DNA of 64,000 nucleotides, taken from assembly GCF_001194135.2 (NCBI RefSeq), contig NC_068981.1:71966137-72030136 (forward strand), in the 5' to 3' direction. A program made the translations under genes and the position numbers. The DNA comes from Octopus bimaculoides. Its lineage: Eukaryota. Of this stretch, positions 13,560-25,760 are shown one piece after another. Within the stretch, counting starts at the first letter, position 1, and each line of letters opens with the position of its first letter. The notes under the pieces are model-generated. The model was not told the DNA's origin. It saw only the letters and a list, made by a program, of their open reading frames with translations, and made no database searches.

Positions 13560-14110
13560 ACATGTATTAAAGTGCTACTAATAGTTTCATATGTTGAGAG
13601 AACTCGAACATATTCTTCAGGTGCAAATCACATACCATAATGTAAGAAAAAATTGAATAGATATGAAACTGAGATGGCAGCATATAGAAACTGCAGACAG
13701 TAACAACAGAAAACAAAAAAACAGAAACAAGGCTAAAATGTCAAAAGGAAAAAAAGTGCTCTCCCCCTTAGGCCTTAAATGATAAGGCTGGAGAGATACC
13801 AAGTCAGTCAGGAATAGGCGGAATTTTCCAGTTCTTCAGAATATATTTATACATATGCAGGCAACCACTGAAAATTTCTGATCTGGAGTTCAATAGAGAG
13901 TTATGGATCTTAGATCTGAACATGATCAGTGCTCTTTCAGCCAAACAAAGTCTACATTTATTTCATCCATTCACATAAGGTATAGATTTCTCAATTACTT
14001 TCCATTTAATCACATGCGGTGTTTCGTTATCTTTCAAAGCCCAAACGTAGCTAGCCAACTTTGTAGCTTTACTTTTGTCCCTATGTCGGAAGGAGGTTAT
14101 GTGACTGGCN
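13560..14110 (-). mobile_element. Penelope-like element 3' end (GIY-YIG C-terminus, Naiad-like) plus pseudo-LTR
   Basis: Minus strand reads SHITSFRH...ATKLASYVWALK...IKWKVIEKSIPYVNG*NKCRLCLAERALI...LLNSRSEIFSGCLH. It runs into the gap at 14110. A hammerhead core lies about 190 nt after the stop. Confidence 0.8.
13572..13625 (-). ncRNA. minimal type I hammerhead ribozyme motif (stem I damaged)
   Basis: CUGAAGA, stem II AUAUGUU/AACAUAU plus GAG/CUC, GAAA, palindromic stem III ACUA-U-UAGU, and a GUA site. Stem I pairs at only 1 bp directly. Confidence 0.6.
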
Positions 14111-15046
14111 NNNNNNNNNNNNNNNNNNNNNNNNNNNNNNNNNNNNNNNNNNNNNNNNNNNNNNNNNNNNNNNNNNNNNNNNNNNNNNNNNNNNNNNNNN
14201 NNNNNNNNNNNNNNNNNNNNNNNNNNNNNNNNNNNNNNNNNNNNNNNNNNNNNNNNNNNNNNNNNNNNNNNNNNNNNNNNNNNNNNNNNNNNNNNNNNNN
14301 NNNNNNNNNNNNNNNNNNNNNNNNNNNNNNNNNNNNNNNNNNNNNNNNNNNNNNNNNNNNNNNNNNNNNNNNNNNNNNNNNNNNNNNNNNNNNNNNNNNN
14401 NNNNNNNNNNNNNNNNNNNNNNNNNNNNNNNNNNNNNNNNNNNNNNNNNNNNNNNNNNNNNNNNNNNNNNNNNNNNNNNNNNNNNNNNNNNNNNNNNNNN
14501 NNNNNNNNNNNNNNNNNNNNNNNNNNNNNNNNNNNNNNNNNNNNNNNNNNNNNNNNNNNNNNNNNNNNNNNNNNNNNNNNNNNNNNNNNNNNNNNNNNNN
14601 NNNNNNNNNNNNNNNNNNNNNNNNNNNNNNNNNNNNNNNNNNNNNNNNNNNNNNNNNNNNNNNNNNNNNNNNNNNNNNNNNNNNNNNNNNNNNNNNNNNN
14701 NNNNNNNNNNNNNNNNNNNNNNNNNNNNNNNNNNNNNNNNNNNNNNNNNNNNNNNNNNNNNNNNNNNNNNNNNNNNNNNNNNNNNNNNNNNNNNNNNNNN
14801 NNNNNNNNNNNNNNNNNNNNNNNNNNNNNNNNNNNNNNNNNNNNNNNNNNNNNNNNNNNNNNNNNNNNNNNNNNNNNNNNNNNNNNNNNNNNNNNNNNNN
14901 NNNNNNNNNNNNNNNNNNNNNNNNNNNNNNNNNNNNNNNNNNNNNNNNNNNNNNNNNNNNNNNNNNNNNNNNNNNNNNNNNNNNNNNNNNNNNNNNNNNN
15001 NNNNNNNNNNNNNNNNNNNNNNNNNNNNNNNNNNNNNNNNNNNNNN

Positions 15047-15095
<49 letters not shown>

Positions 15096-15719
15096 TAGAG
15101 AGATTCAGATGAATATGGCACTGAAGTTGAGGCACCAGAATTTAGTATGGTATTATCCATGCAATTTCAAAGTAAGGTGATTAAATTCAAAACAAGCAAC
15201 AAGGATATCCAGAGGTAATGCAGTATGATCGTTTCATGCAACTCCATTTAATTTAACAATGCAATCATTTCATCAGTTTAAATGCACAAAGACATAGAAT
15301 TTAAGGAGATAGACAAAGAACATGATGTCTTCACTCCAGCATAGAAGCTACTAAGGTATCAAGATGTACATTGTTAGAGACTCTGCCTGTCACTGATTTT
15401 ATTTGTTTTTATGGGGTCAGTTTTAATTTATAGACTAGTTTATCAAATCCTTGCATATCTAAGGCTGAGAGAACAAAAGGGCAGGGCTGAGGGAGCAGAC
15501 AGAAATCATAGTTGGTATAGTCATAAAAATCAAGATTTATTAGAAGCAATATCATGAGGTTTGGTAAAGGAAAACTTAAAACAAGATGTTAGCTGACGAT
15601 TAAGGGGGTCGCTCACTAGCAGACCATTGATAATGAAACAGGGGAAGTCTTATCATATAGTACTATAGTTAAAATATTTTTTTAAATGTTGCTGTATTGT
15701 TTAAAATATTTTCTGTCTA

Positions 15720-15860
15720 CGAAATTCACTCACAAACCCTTTGGTTGGCCCCAGGGCTATAGTAAAAGACACTTGTCCAAGGTGCTACACAGTGGGACTG
15801 AACCCAGGGCCATGTGAATTGGAAATAAACTTTGTACCACACAGCCATGCCCACACCTAT
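15720..15860 (-). mobile_element. SINE-A 5' half
   Basis: CACTCACAAACCCTTTGG...GGGACTGAACCC...CCACACAGCC. Confidence 0.75.
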
Positions 15861-15861
15861 A

Positions 15862-15894
<33 letters not shown>

Positions 15895-16561
15895 TACTCT
15901 CAGTCTTTTCTGTTGAAGACTATATGCTCAAAACATCAAAGACATCCATTCTTGCTGAGTTTCAAACTAATATACCTGCTTTTTGTTCCTTCAACTGTCT
16001 TTGTCTTTTGTTTCTGTAAATTTGAACTGCATATATATATGTGTGTGTGTGTAAACAAATAAATATTAAAAGAAAATTTTTATTAGAAGCATCAAAATGT
16101 GGATTGTATGATACAAATAAAAAGGTGGTATTTTTTTTAAAATGCACACTTGCCATTAGAACAGCAGAAATACTGGGTAAATTACCCTTACAAGGCTGGT
16201 TGTTGACAAATTTCTCCACCTTGTAAGGGTAAGTTTACCCTGTATTTCTGTTGTTCTAATGGCAGCCCTGCATTCAAATAGACATATCTTCATATATATG
16301 TAACATCCTCATTTAACGTCCATATATTGTCCATATGCTGGTATATGCAAATATGTACATATATATGTGTGTGGTGTTGTATTTTACAGAGTTGATGATT
16401 CGGCAAAAAAACTCTTCTTGCACTAAATTCTTTCTCCTCTGAAACAGATTATTCTGTTCTGTGTGACTCTAACATTTATACCAAACTTGATTCATAGCAT
16501 TATTTACACGATTTACATTATTTATATTTGACGGATATTTGTCCTCATCTTGTTTGTTGTT

Positions 16562-16607
16562 AACACAACGTTTCGGCTGATATACCCTCCAGCCTTCATC
16601 AAGTGTC
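16562..16607 (-). ncRNA. minimal type I hammerhead (C3U variant) in the inverted pLTR
   Basis: GACAC UUGAUGA A GGCUG...CAGCC GAA ACGU U GUGUU. Stem I 5 bp, stem II 5 bp, palindromic ACGU stem III. Confidence 0.7.
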
Positions 16608-16693
16608 TTGGGGAAATTTTGAACCTGGGTTCTCATTCCTAAGGTATTTTTTGATGTTGTTATTATTGTTATTATTATATCTCCACTCCAATT

Positions 16694-17215
16694 ATGAAGA
16701 AAAGAGAGGATGAAACCAATAAACGGTCCACAGTCTGTCTACCCTATGTGAAAGGCCTCTCCATAAAGATACAAAAAATATGCGGCCCATATAACATCAG
16801 GACAGTATTCAAGAGCAATACAACACTTCACAAATATCTCCTTTGAGTAAAACCACCAATAAAAGAGAATATGACCAAGAACTGTATGTACTCCATCCCA
16901 TGCAGCTTTTGTAAGTTATACAAAGGCGAAACATGTCGCCCCCTCAAAATAAGAGTAGAGGAACATCACAAAGCTGTGACATGGGGAGATATTGCTAAAT
17001 CGGGTATAGCTGATCATGTATGGAAAAATGGAGACCACCTACCCTTGTGGGATGAAGTTAAAATAATGGACAGAGAACACCACTGGAATATAAGAAAACT
17101 AAAAGAAGCAACACATATGCTAAGACACAACAACCTCCTAAGTAGACCGAATGCAGATATGAACAGCATATGGGAACCGGTATTAAGGAAGGATAGGAGA
17201 ATATTAGATTTATAA
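16694..17215 (+). pseudogene. PLE RT-thumb plus GIY-YIG endonuclease remnant
   Basis: LPYVKGLSIKIQKI...HKYLL*VKPP, then NCMYSIPCSFC..YKGETCRPL..RVEEH...IADH...RKLKE..LSR..WEPVL. It has one in-frame TGA. Confidence 0.85.
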
Positions 17216-17244
17216 GCCCTAAAATTCACTCCATAATTGCCCAT

Positions 17245-17317
17245 GGGCATATGGCATAGTGGTTAAGAGCGCGGGCAACTAACCCCAAGATTCCGAGTTC
17301 GATTCCAAGCAATGACC
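17245..17317 (+). ncRNA. 73-nt tRNA-like domain (Pol III A/B boxes) inside the PLE pseudo-LTR
   Basis: A box TGGCATAGTGG and B box GAGTTCGATTC. The ends GGGCAT/ATGACC can form an acceptor-like stem. It is followed by (AAT)n. Confidence 0.65.
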
Positions 17318-17374
17318 TTAATAATAATAATAATAATATCAACATCAAAAAATACCTTAGGAATGAGAACCCAA

Positions 17375-17410
17375 GACGCCTGATGAAGGCTGGAGGGTAT
17401 ATCAGCTGAA
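17375..17410 (+). ncRNA. hammerhead remnant (GAAAC/stem III deleted)
   Basis: CCTGATGAAGGCTGGAGGGTATATCAGCTGAA. It lacks ACGTTGTGT compared with the inverted copy. Confidence 0.6.
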
Positions 17411-18402
17411 TAACAACAAACAAGATGAGGACAAATATCCGTCGAATAATGTACATAATTCCTCATCTCTTAAATATAGAACTGTATTGATTCATAGCAA
17501 TCAAAATAATTTCTCCACAATATATGACATCAAAAAATTAGAGGTAGACACTATTATCAAATGATGTTGTTTCACATTACTTAAAACAATTGTTTATAAA
17601 ATGCCTGCTTCATAATCAATATTTAAAAATGCATATGCACTTACTAATATTGTAAATATGTAAATATACAGGTAAATAAAGTGATAATTGAATGAACATT
17701 TTACTGTAAATAAATATCTGATTAAATTAATAATAATAGATTTTAATAAATTGGAAAAGTTTTTAAATGTATACAATCTATATATGACATATTTGCTGGC
17801 ATATCCATAACCGTGTGCAAACAATTAGTAAATATTTGTGTATATCTAAATATATACAAATACCAAGAATCTTAATTTATGCTCAGTTGCACATTTTTAT
17901 GCACATTCACTTATGCATATACATACATACATATATTTATATACAAATGTGTCTGTGTGCATGTGTGTTTGTGCTGGCATGGAAAGGTGCTTGACAAATA
18001 ACCAGTATTAGGAATCTGAATTTCTGTGTGTATTTTATCCTTTTTTATCCTTTTTATCCCATTGTTATTATATCAGGGATTATGTTCTTTCAAACTGTAT
18101 TTAGGAAAGTAAATAAGATAGGAGAGTTTGTTTATATTATTTTAATTACCATCATATTGCAATGAAATATCTTATAAACAATCACCAACATTTTACTTTT
18201 CCATTACACAAACACACACATACACTCATACACACACATACATACATGCATACATACATGCATACATACATGCATACATACATGCATACATACATAGAAA
18301 CATACATACATACATACAAGAAGAGTCGATGCTAGATATGCCAAAACAATTGTTGTGATTAATAATATATTCTCATATATTCCATCTTCTGTCTTTCATT
18401 TG

Positions 18403-18434
<32 letters not shown>

Positions 18435-18739
18435 NNNNNNNNNNATGGTTACTTTAACCTCTAACTCAACTAACCTTATATATATATAGTCTTTTTGTAA
18501 ATCATTAGTAAATAATAATTGATGCAAATCAATTATTGTTCATCAATGTCACCTCCATTTTCTGTTTTCTTTAAATTTTGATTCCTGATAAACTCCTGTT
18601 TATCCTTGGCTTTACCTATAATTTATGAGCATAACATTTTTGCCCATGTTTAAATATAGGTAATATAGCAGTAGTATTTTGGATACTTTTATCCCTTAGA
18701 TGGTTACTTTAACCTCTAACTCAACTAACCTTATATATA

Positions 18740-19217
18740 TATAGACATGGCAAGCCAAGTGAGACAATAACCATGGCCTATGCCAGTGTAGCATAACCGG
18801 TTCATTTAAGAGTACCCTTTAATCATTTGGCAATAAACTGTGCTTGTGAAGACCTGTTGAGTCAAGTGAAGTCATTGTTGTGGCCAATGCCAGTACTGCC
18901 TGACTGACACCTGTGCCAGTGACATGTATGTAAAAAGCACCATTTCAGCGTGGTCGATACCAGTGCCACCTGACTGGTCCCATGCTGGTAGCATGTAAAA
19001 AGCACTGTTTGAGTGTGGCCGTTGTCAGTGCCACATCACTGGCTCCCATGCTGGTGGCACGTAAAAAGCACCCACTAGTGTTGGAGTGGGTGGCATTAGG
19101 AAGGGCATCCAGCTGTAGAAACCTTGCCAGATCAGAGTGGAGCCTGGTACAGCCTTCTGGCTTGCTAGTCCTCAGTCAAACTGTCCAACCCATGCCAGCA
19201 TGGAAAACGGATGTTAA

Positions 19218-19249
<32 letters not shown>

Positions 19250-19250
19250 T
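18740..19250 (+). mobile_element. RTE LINE 3' UTR with about 66-bp tandem units and (GAT)n tail
   Basis: TTTAAGAGTACCCTT...GAAGACCTGTTGAG, three GTAAAAAGCAC units, then the standard tail. Confidence 0.8.
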
Positions 19251-19584
19251 ATATATATATANNNNNNNNNNNNNNNNNNNNNNNNNNNNNNNNNNNNNNN
19301 NNNNNNNNNNNNNNNNNNNNNNNNNNNNNNNNNNNNNNNNNNNNNNNNNNNNNNNNNNNNNNNNNNNNNNNNNNNNNNNNNNNNNNNNNNNNNNNNNNNN
19401 NNNNNNNNNNNNNNNNNNNNNNNNNNNNNNNNNNNNNNNNNNNNNNNNNNNNNNNNNNNNNNNNNNNNNNNNNNNNNNNNNNNNNNNNNNNNNNNNNNNN
19501 NNNNNNNNNNNNNNNNNNNNNNNNNNNNNNNNNNNNNNNNNNNNNNNNNNNNNNNNNNNNNNNNNNATATACATATACATATAT

Positions 19585-20270
19585 ACGACAGGCTTCTTTC
19601 AGTTTCCCTCTACCAAATCCACTCACAAGGCATTGGTCGGCCCGAGGCTATAGTAAAAGACACTTGCCCAAGATGCTACGCAGTGGGACTGAACCCGGGA
19701 CCATGTGGTTGGTAAGCAAGCTACTTACCACACAGCCACTCCTATATTGCTTAGTAGTTTATATATCCAAAAAGAAGCATACTCTAAAACTTTAGACCAG
19801 TAATACTTAAAAAGTTGGTTATGAACAGTTAGGAAGTGATGTGCCTCTGGCTAACAAGTCTGATGGGTCAATTATACTGCTAAGAACTCTATAAGTATGA
19901 AACCAATAGTCACTCCCTCTAACTGGCCTTAACCAACAATCTTTTAAATATATATATATATATATGGTAAGAAGCTTGCTTCCCAACCACATAGTTCCAG
20001 GTCCAGTCCCAATGTGTGGTACTTTGGGCAAGTGTCTTCTACTATAGTCTCGGGCCAAGCAAACCCTTGTGAGTGGATTTGGTAGATGGAAACTGAAAGA
20101 AGCTCTTCGTATATATAAGTACCAGCACACAGCTGGTACTTAATTTATTGACCCTGAAAGGATGAAAGGCAAAGTCAACCTCAGCAAAATTTGAACTCAG
20201 AACATAAAGACAGACAAATACCACAAAGCATTTCGCCTGGCGTGCTAATGTTTCTACCAGCTTGCCGCCT
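19585..20270. mobile_element. SINE-A 5' half (-, 19585-19742), SINE-A 5' half (+, 19965-20110), SINE-B (-, 20120-20270)
   Basis: Family motifs as above. Confidence 0.75.
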
Positions 20271-22050
20271 TGATGAAATTGTATAATGCTTCCAGAAATA
20301 TCAAGAGTTTATAACTAGATCTATTGTGTTCTACTTAGCTAGAATCAAAGGTAGGAAAGGCAGTAAAACAGAAAGTAGGAGAAAGATGAAGAAAACGCTT
20401 CATCATAGATTTGGTAAATGTATGTGAGAGACAACCAAAACCAAGAGCAGAAAACAAATCCTTGGTTGGTGGGACATAGGCTTTAAATGTGGAAGGTTTT
20501 GCAAAGGCTAGAAAGAAATGAGGTGAGCTCTAATGGCTGTGTATTGTTAGTGTGAGTGAATGACAAAACACAAATACGCTGAGAGTAAAACTGGATATAA
20601 AAATTATCGGGTAAAGTGTGCAAGAGAGAAAACTGAGCCGATGTGGACACATGGTGCATGTGGGGGGTTATTGGTTATATAAAGAACTGCTGACCACTTG
20701 AAATATATGGAACTTGTGGAAGAGGAAGATACAATATGACATGCTGTGAATTGGTGAATCTCAAGAAACCGTATCTCACAAAAGAGACAAAAGAACTGCG
20801 ATGAGTAGCAACTTTCAGTGCTGGAGATGGAATGAAACAATTAAGCTGAGACATTGTGACATAGCTATATTAACAATAGACGTTTTACTGCTGAAGGCTG
20901 ATGTAGAGAGAGAGAGAAAGAGAGAGAGAGAGGCAGACAGAAATAACGAGATGTATCAAAATGAAAATGTTATAGATAAACTGCAAAGTTATCTTGTTGA
21001 CATCAGGAGGATTTAAATAAATCTTGAGTGCACAGAAAGATTTTGCCATTAGGCATCCAGTTGCTGAGTTCTGAATAACTGCAATGGTAAAACGTAGGCT
21101 GAAACTATATTTACACATCATAGGAATTTATAAACTTTGTTATAATGTGAAATAATTCTTTTTTGGAATAGTAGATTTCAAAGCAGTAGAACTAGAAATA
21201 ATAATGTATAGATATAGGTTAAAAAACCTTTTGGATAGGAAAAGTTGAAGCTTGTTAATGGTTCCCTTTGTGTTTCAATATTTCAAGGCTAGGACACCTT
21301 CGGGAAATATTTGAAGAAATGGTGTTGTGAGCTGACTTCTCTGAAGAAGTCAAAAATATTAAGATGTGAAGTAAATATATTAACCAGTGAGTTGTATTTA
21401 TTTCTTATAACAGGCATTGTTTTGGCTTCATAAAAAGAATATTAAAAACATATATATCAGACAATGCTTCATGCAAACTATTCTACTCTTATATCTATGT
21501 ATGCATGTGTGTATGAATGTATGTATCTATATTTTCATACATGCATACACACATACATACATACATACATACATACACACACACACATACATACATACAT
21601 ACATGCCTGCCTGCATGCATACATACATGTATGGAAATATATAATCATGTATATGTATATATNNNNNNNNNNNNNNNNNNNNNNNNNNNNNNNNNNNNNN
21701 NNNNNNNNNNNNNNNNNNNNNNNNNNNNNNNNNNNNNNNNNNNNNNNNNNNNNNNNNNNNNNNNNNNNNNNNNNNNNNNNNNNNNATATATATACATACA
21801 CACATACACACACACACACATGCATATACAGTATATGTATATTTATGTGTGTGTGTGTGTGTATCTGTATATATGTATTTATGCTTTTCAGACATTGAAG
21901 ATATGCTAAGATTGCTATGTACATTCTCATGGGAGCTATTTTGAAGGGGATGATGCTGAAATATAAGTAATATGTGAAATACATTATTTACAGGAGTATA
22001 GGTGTACTTCTCCTTAGGCCTAGTTTGGGAGCTTTCTGATACTGCTTCAT

Positions 22051-22097
<47 letters not shown>

Positions 22098-22171
22098 TAC
22101 ACACAAACACACATGCAAGCACATGCATACAAACATGCACACATAAACACACACACTTGTATATATATGCA

Positions 22172-22815
22172 CAGGAGTGGCTGTGTGGTAAGTAGCTTGC
22201 TTACCAACCACATGGTTCTGGGTTAAGTCCCACAGCATGGTACCTTGGGCAAGTATCTTCTACTATAGCCTCAGGCTGACCAAAGCCTTGTGAGTGGATT
22301 TGGTAGATGGAAACTGAAAGATGCCCGTCGGATATATATATATATATATANNNNNNNNNNNNNNNNNNNNNNNNNNNNNNNNNNNNNNNNNNNNNNNNNN
22401 NNNNNNNNNNNNNNNNNNNNNNNNNNNNNNNNNNNNNNNNNNNNNNNNNNNNNNNNNNNNNNNNNNNNNNNNNNNNNNNNNNNNNNNNNNNNNNNNNNNN
22501 NNNNNNNNNNNNNNNNNNNNNNNNNNNNNNNNNNNNNNNNNNNNNNNNNNNNNNNNNNNNNNNNNNNNNNNNNNNNNNNNNNNNNNNNNNNNNNNNNNNN
22601 NNNNNNNNNNNNNNNNNNNNNNNNNNNNNNNNNNNNNNNNNNNNNNNNATATATGTTGCTGTGTTTACACACCCACAACCTAGCAGTTCACAAAAAAGAG
22701 ACCGATAGAATAAGTATTAGGCTTACAAAGAATAAGTTCCAGGGTCGATTTGTTCGACTAAAGGCGGTGCTCCAGCATGGCTGTAGTCAAATGACTGAAA
22801 CAAGTAAAAGAATAA
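22172..22815 (+). mobile_element. full bipartite SINE-A spanning a gap in its internal microsatellite
   Basis: Head GGAGTGGCTGTGTGGTAAG, (TA)n, N298, then the 3' half ending GACTGAAACAAGTAAAAGAATA. Confidence 0.85.
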
Positions 22816-23019
22816 TATATGCATATACATACATATTATTTATATTATTATATGACTGACTAGTATGGTAGGAGTTATTCTTATCCAGTCAACTTCCAAT
22901 GTGTGTGTGTATGATAGATAGGTATGCTATCCCTTAGATATTATCCCTTAGATATTATCCAAGCTTTCTTCTAATGGCAAATATTCAAATATCTCTTCAT
23001 CTATTATATAACAAACAAT

Positions 23020-23718
23020 TTCCAGGTATCTTTGTTTGAATGAACCTTTTTTGGACTGGATAGTGACTGGTGATGAGAAAATGTTCTCTATAAAAATATC
23101 AAGCGCCGAAGATAGTGGATAGGGAAAGGAGAAACGCTGGCACCCCAGGTTAAAGAAAGTCTTCACCCACGTGAGGTATTGTTAGCTGTTTGGTGGATAC
23201 GAAAGGCTTAGTCCCCTTTGAACTTTTAAACCCAAACCAAACGATAATAAAGGAGATCTGCTGCAAGCAGCTTGTGCAGCTTAAGTCAGCGTTGGAAGAA
23301 AAACAACCATCTTTGGTTTCAAGACAAAAGGTGTTCTTCCATCAGGATAATGCTCGGCTATATACAGTGAAGACGACATTCCAAAAGCTTGAGCAGTTTG
23401 AATGGGAAACAATGCCCCACCCATCATATTCGGCGGACATTGCCTCATCTGATAATCATTATTCCGTAGTCTCCAAAATCATTTGGCTGGAAAAATATGA
23501 ATTTGGTAGATAAGGTCAGAACAGTACTGGAGGAGTACTTTTTGTCATGGACAAGTGAATTTTGGAAGAGAGGCCTTGCAATTCTACCAGATAGAATGGA
23601 AGAGCATTGTACAAAATGAAGGAGAGTATATTTTGGATTAAAAAATAACTTTGTTTATTTTAATTTTGAAAAATAAAAGAAATATAAAAAAACCCACATT
23701 ATTTATGGGACGACCCAA
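23020..23718 (+). mobile_element. mariner (DD34D) transposon, 5'-truncated and frameshifted
   Basis: WIVTGDEK...AVWW...FHQDNAR...HPSYSADIASSD with 34 residues between the last two D. 3' TIR GGGACGACCCAA followed by TA. Confidence 0.9.
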
Positions 23719-23839
23719 TACTTGGTTGGTTTAAAACCCTTGGGAACTTCCATACAGTTTGATATTGATAACTGTTATGTTTTGATCTTACTAATTCTTA
23801 ACAATGCTTTGATATTCACTTTTTAATTAGAACATATCA

Positions 23840-23840
23840 C

Positions 23841-23873
<33 letters not shown>

Positions 23874-24030
23874 TTAACATCCGTTGCACGGTTTGACCAA
23901 GGCTGGAAGGCTGCACCAGACTCCAGTCTGATTTGGCATGGTTTCTACAGCTGGATGCCCTTCCTAACGCCAACCATTCTGAAAGTGTAATGGGTGCTTT
24001 TACATGCTACCTGCACGGGTGCCATTTGCA
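23840..24030 (-). mobile_element. RTE LINE 3' tail
   Basis: (CAT)n, then TTTAACATCC...CTACAGCTGGATGCCCTTCCTAACGCC. Confidence 0.8.
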
Positions 24031-24069
24031 TCTTCCATGATTGCAATTTTGCTCAGCGTGATGGGTCTT

Positions 24070-24850
24070 CTTCTCAAGCACAACATAATGCCAACAATTA
24101 ACAACTGATGATGGCAGTTTATTCCATGCTTCAGCAATTCTGAGCATGAAAAAATGTTTCCAAAAGTCATGGGTGCTGTGTTATTTTTTGATTTTATAAG
24201 CATGTCCACGAGTGCTTGTCATATGGAATTCAAAAAGGTGCCAAAGGTTGGAAAGATGGTGGAAAATCTTGTGGGTGTCAACCAAGTCAGTTACCAGACA
24301 TCTGAGCTTGAATGTATCCATGCCCAGGGAAGCAAGATGTTCAGAGTATGGTGGTTGTCTGATGGCAGATTTCGTTTTGTGGCACATTTCTGAACAGTTT
24401 CCAGGAGATTTATATGCTATGCAACATAGGGTTTCCAGTCTGGTGATGCAAATTCCAAGTGTGGACGTACCATTGTCGTATAGAATTTAAATAGATAGCT
24501 GGAGAGCAACTGACAAAAGTCTTAATGAGTAATGATAGCACCCCGTCAGAATTCTAGACAATCTTAGAGATGTAGTTTGTCCAACACAGATTGTTGTTTA
24601 CAATAATGCCCAGATCATGTCTGTTAGAAAACTTCTTGAGATTAGGGTTGCTGAGGGAATGTGTAAAGGTTGGGTTTTTCCTCCCAAAATGCATGGTGAT
24701 GCACTTGTCCACAGCTAGCTTGAGTTGCAATTTAGAGATTCATTGCTGCCTTGAATTCAGGAAAGATCTATAGTGCATAGGATCTGTTCTTTTTATTTTG
24801 AAGTACAGCTTGATTTCAGCACTGTAACAGTCCTCAAACTGGCATCTATA
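24070..24850 (-). mobile_element. CR1-clade LINE RT C-terminal fragment
   Basis: QLAVDKCITMHFGRKN...DLGIIV, and PYSEHLASLGM...DLVDTHKI...STRGHAYKIKK. Confidence 0.75.
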
Positions 24851-24896
24851 TCATTGTTATATGCAACAAATGATGATACATACATACATACATACA

Positions 24897-24974
<78 letters not shown>

Positions 24975-25570
24975 NNNNNNNNNNNNNNNNNNNNNNNNNN
25001 NNNNNNNNNNNNNNNNNNNNNNNNNNNNNNNNNNNNNNNNNNNNNNNNNNNNNNNNNNNNNNNNNNNNNNNNNNNNNNNNNNNNNNNNNNNNNNNNNNNN
25101 NNNNNNNNNNNNNNNNNNNNNNNNNNNNNNNNNNNNNNNNNNNNNNNNNNNNNNNNNNNNNNNNNNNNNNNNNNNNNNNNNNNNNNNNNNNNNNNNNNNN
25201 NNNNNNNNNNNNNNNNNNNNNNNNNNNNNNNNNNNNNNNNNNNNNNNNNNNNNNNNNNNNNNNNNNNNNNNNNNNNNNNNNNNNNNNNNNNNNNNNNNNN
25301 NNNNNNNNNNNNNNNNNNNNNNNNNNNNNNNNNNNNNNNNNNNNNNNNNNNNNNNNNNNNNNNNNNNNNNNNNNNNNNNNNNNNNNNNNNNNNNNNNNNN
25401 NNNNNNNNNNNNNNNNNNNNNNNNNNNNNNNNNNNNNNNNNNNNNNNNNNNNNNNNNNNNNNNNNNNNNNNNNNNNNNNNNNNNNNNNNNNNNNNNNNNN
25501 NNNNNNNNNNNNNNNNNNNNNNNNNNNNNNNNNNNNNNNNNNNNNNNNNNNNNNNNNNNNNNNNNNNNNN

Positions 25571-25607
<37 letters not shown>

Positions 25608-25617
25608 CACATATATA

Positions 25618-25648
<31 letters not shown>

Positions 25649-25711
25649 GTATGTATGTGTATGTATATATATATTTATACATATGTATGTATATATGTAT
25701 GTATGTATGTA

Positions 25712-25760
<49 letters not shown>

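Larger units (their letters stand above)
16500..17486 (+). mobile_element. Penelope/Poseidon-like element insertion: inverted partial pLTR, RT-thumb/GIY-YIG remnant, and pLTR
   Basis: 13-bp TSD TTGATTCATAGCA at 16487-16499 and 17487-17499. About 16517-16680 is an inverted copy of about 17320-17455. The ORF remnant lies between them. Confidence 0.9.

Noticed and set aside
13963-13965. In-frame TGA in the Naiad-like GIY-YIG (NG*NKCRLC) as possible selenocysteine, which is known in some Naiads
   Set aside because: The position is not one of the conserved Cys, and I found no SECIS-like RUGA/AA/GA stem in the downstream pLTR. An ordinary nonsense change is more likely. The family consensus would settle it.
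18445-18744. Identical 45-bp direct repeat (18445-18490 and 18699-18744), and a similar duplication around the 11793 gap
   Set aside because: Both abut N gaps and are likely scaffolding or overlap artefacts.
22775-22812. SINE-A tail AGTC-AAAT-GACT-GAAAC-AAGTA looks like hammerhead stem II plus GAAAC
   Set aside because: No CUGANGA upstream and no stem I in any copy.
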